From Pseudomonadota bacterium (GTDB lineage: Bacteria > Pseudomonadota > Alphaproteobacteria > Rhizobiales > Beijerinckiaceae), in the NCBI GenBank assembly GCA_023422485.1, contig JAGTAM010000687.1, forward strand, positions 1 through 56,043: a stretch of DNA of 56,043 nt. The letters run 5' to 3'. Within the stretch, counting starts at the first letter, position 1. Every line of letters starts with the position of its first letter. Positions 55,863 to 56,043 of the stretch are shown piece after piece. The position numbers and the translations under genes are program-made. The notes under the pieces were generated by a model. That model did no database searches. It saw only the letters and a list, made by a program, of their open reading frames with translations, and was not told where the DNA came from.

Positions 55863-56043
55863 ATGGCGAAGCAGAAGTTTGAGCGGACGAAGCCGCACTG
55901 CAACGTAGGCACGATAGGTCACGTTGATCATGGCAAGACGACGTTGACTGCGGCGCTGACGAAGGTGTCTGCGGACAAGGGCTGGACTGCGACTGCGGTT
56001 GCTTACGACGAAGTTGCGAAGGCGTCTGAGAGCCAGGGCCGTC
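55863..56043 (+). CDS. tuf: Elongation factor Tu (5' part)
   Basis: [31 protein letters not shown]; follows tRNA-Gly. Confidence 0.95.
   Translation, partial: MAKQKFERTKPHCNVGTIGHVDHGKTTLTAALTKVSADKGWTATAVAYDEVAKASESQGR

Overview
Alphaproteobacterial (Hyphomicrobiales, Hyphomicrobium-like by inference) chromosomal window in two parts. (1) Positions ~1-33.7 kb form a mosaic, partly decaying accessory stress island. It carries a divergent hsp20 / groES-groEL heat-shock unit (RpoH-type promoters, CIRCE-like box, ROSE-like hairpin), a class A beta-lactamase with a long omega-loop insertion plus a divergent LysR, IS3 and IS1182 remnants, an MPG glycosylase, a Tat-type amidohydrolase, a CMD protein and an orphan nitrilase. 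A ~25 kb general-stress block (PRC-barrel, YciF/YciE, Mn catalase, PfpI, Zn-dehydrogenase, DUF421, DUF2243, HisKA_2 and HWE kinases, CinA, SRAP) contains twelve GGAAC-N16/17-NGTT EcfG-type promoters facing genes. The island also holds three or four paralogous copies of an uncharacterised ~80-aa protein in different states of decay, a degenerate tRNA(CAT), cspA and a serine recombinase at its right edge. (2) Positions ~33.7-56 kb are core-like. Two adjacent cobalamin-riboswitch operons encode B12-independent enzymes: hypothetical-metE-thioesterase, and nrdAB, whose small subunit has class Ic (Mn/Fe, radical Tyr replaced by Phe) signatures. They are followed by modABC/modE, rlmB, tRNA-Tyr, emrAB-tetR, a LysR/HAD/CoA-transferase/PaaI unit, gdhA, tRNA-Gly and the start of a tuf gene with an atypical switch-I region. 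All calls come from reading motifs by eye; no database searches were run.
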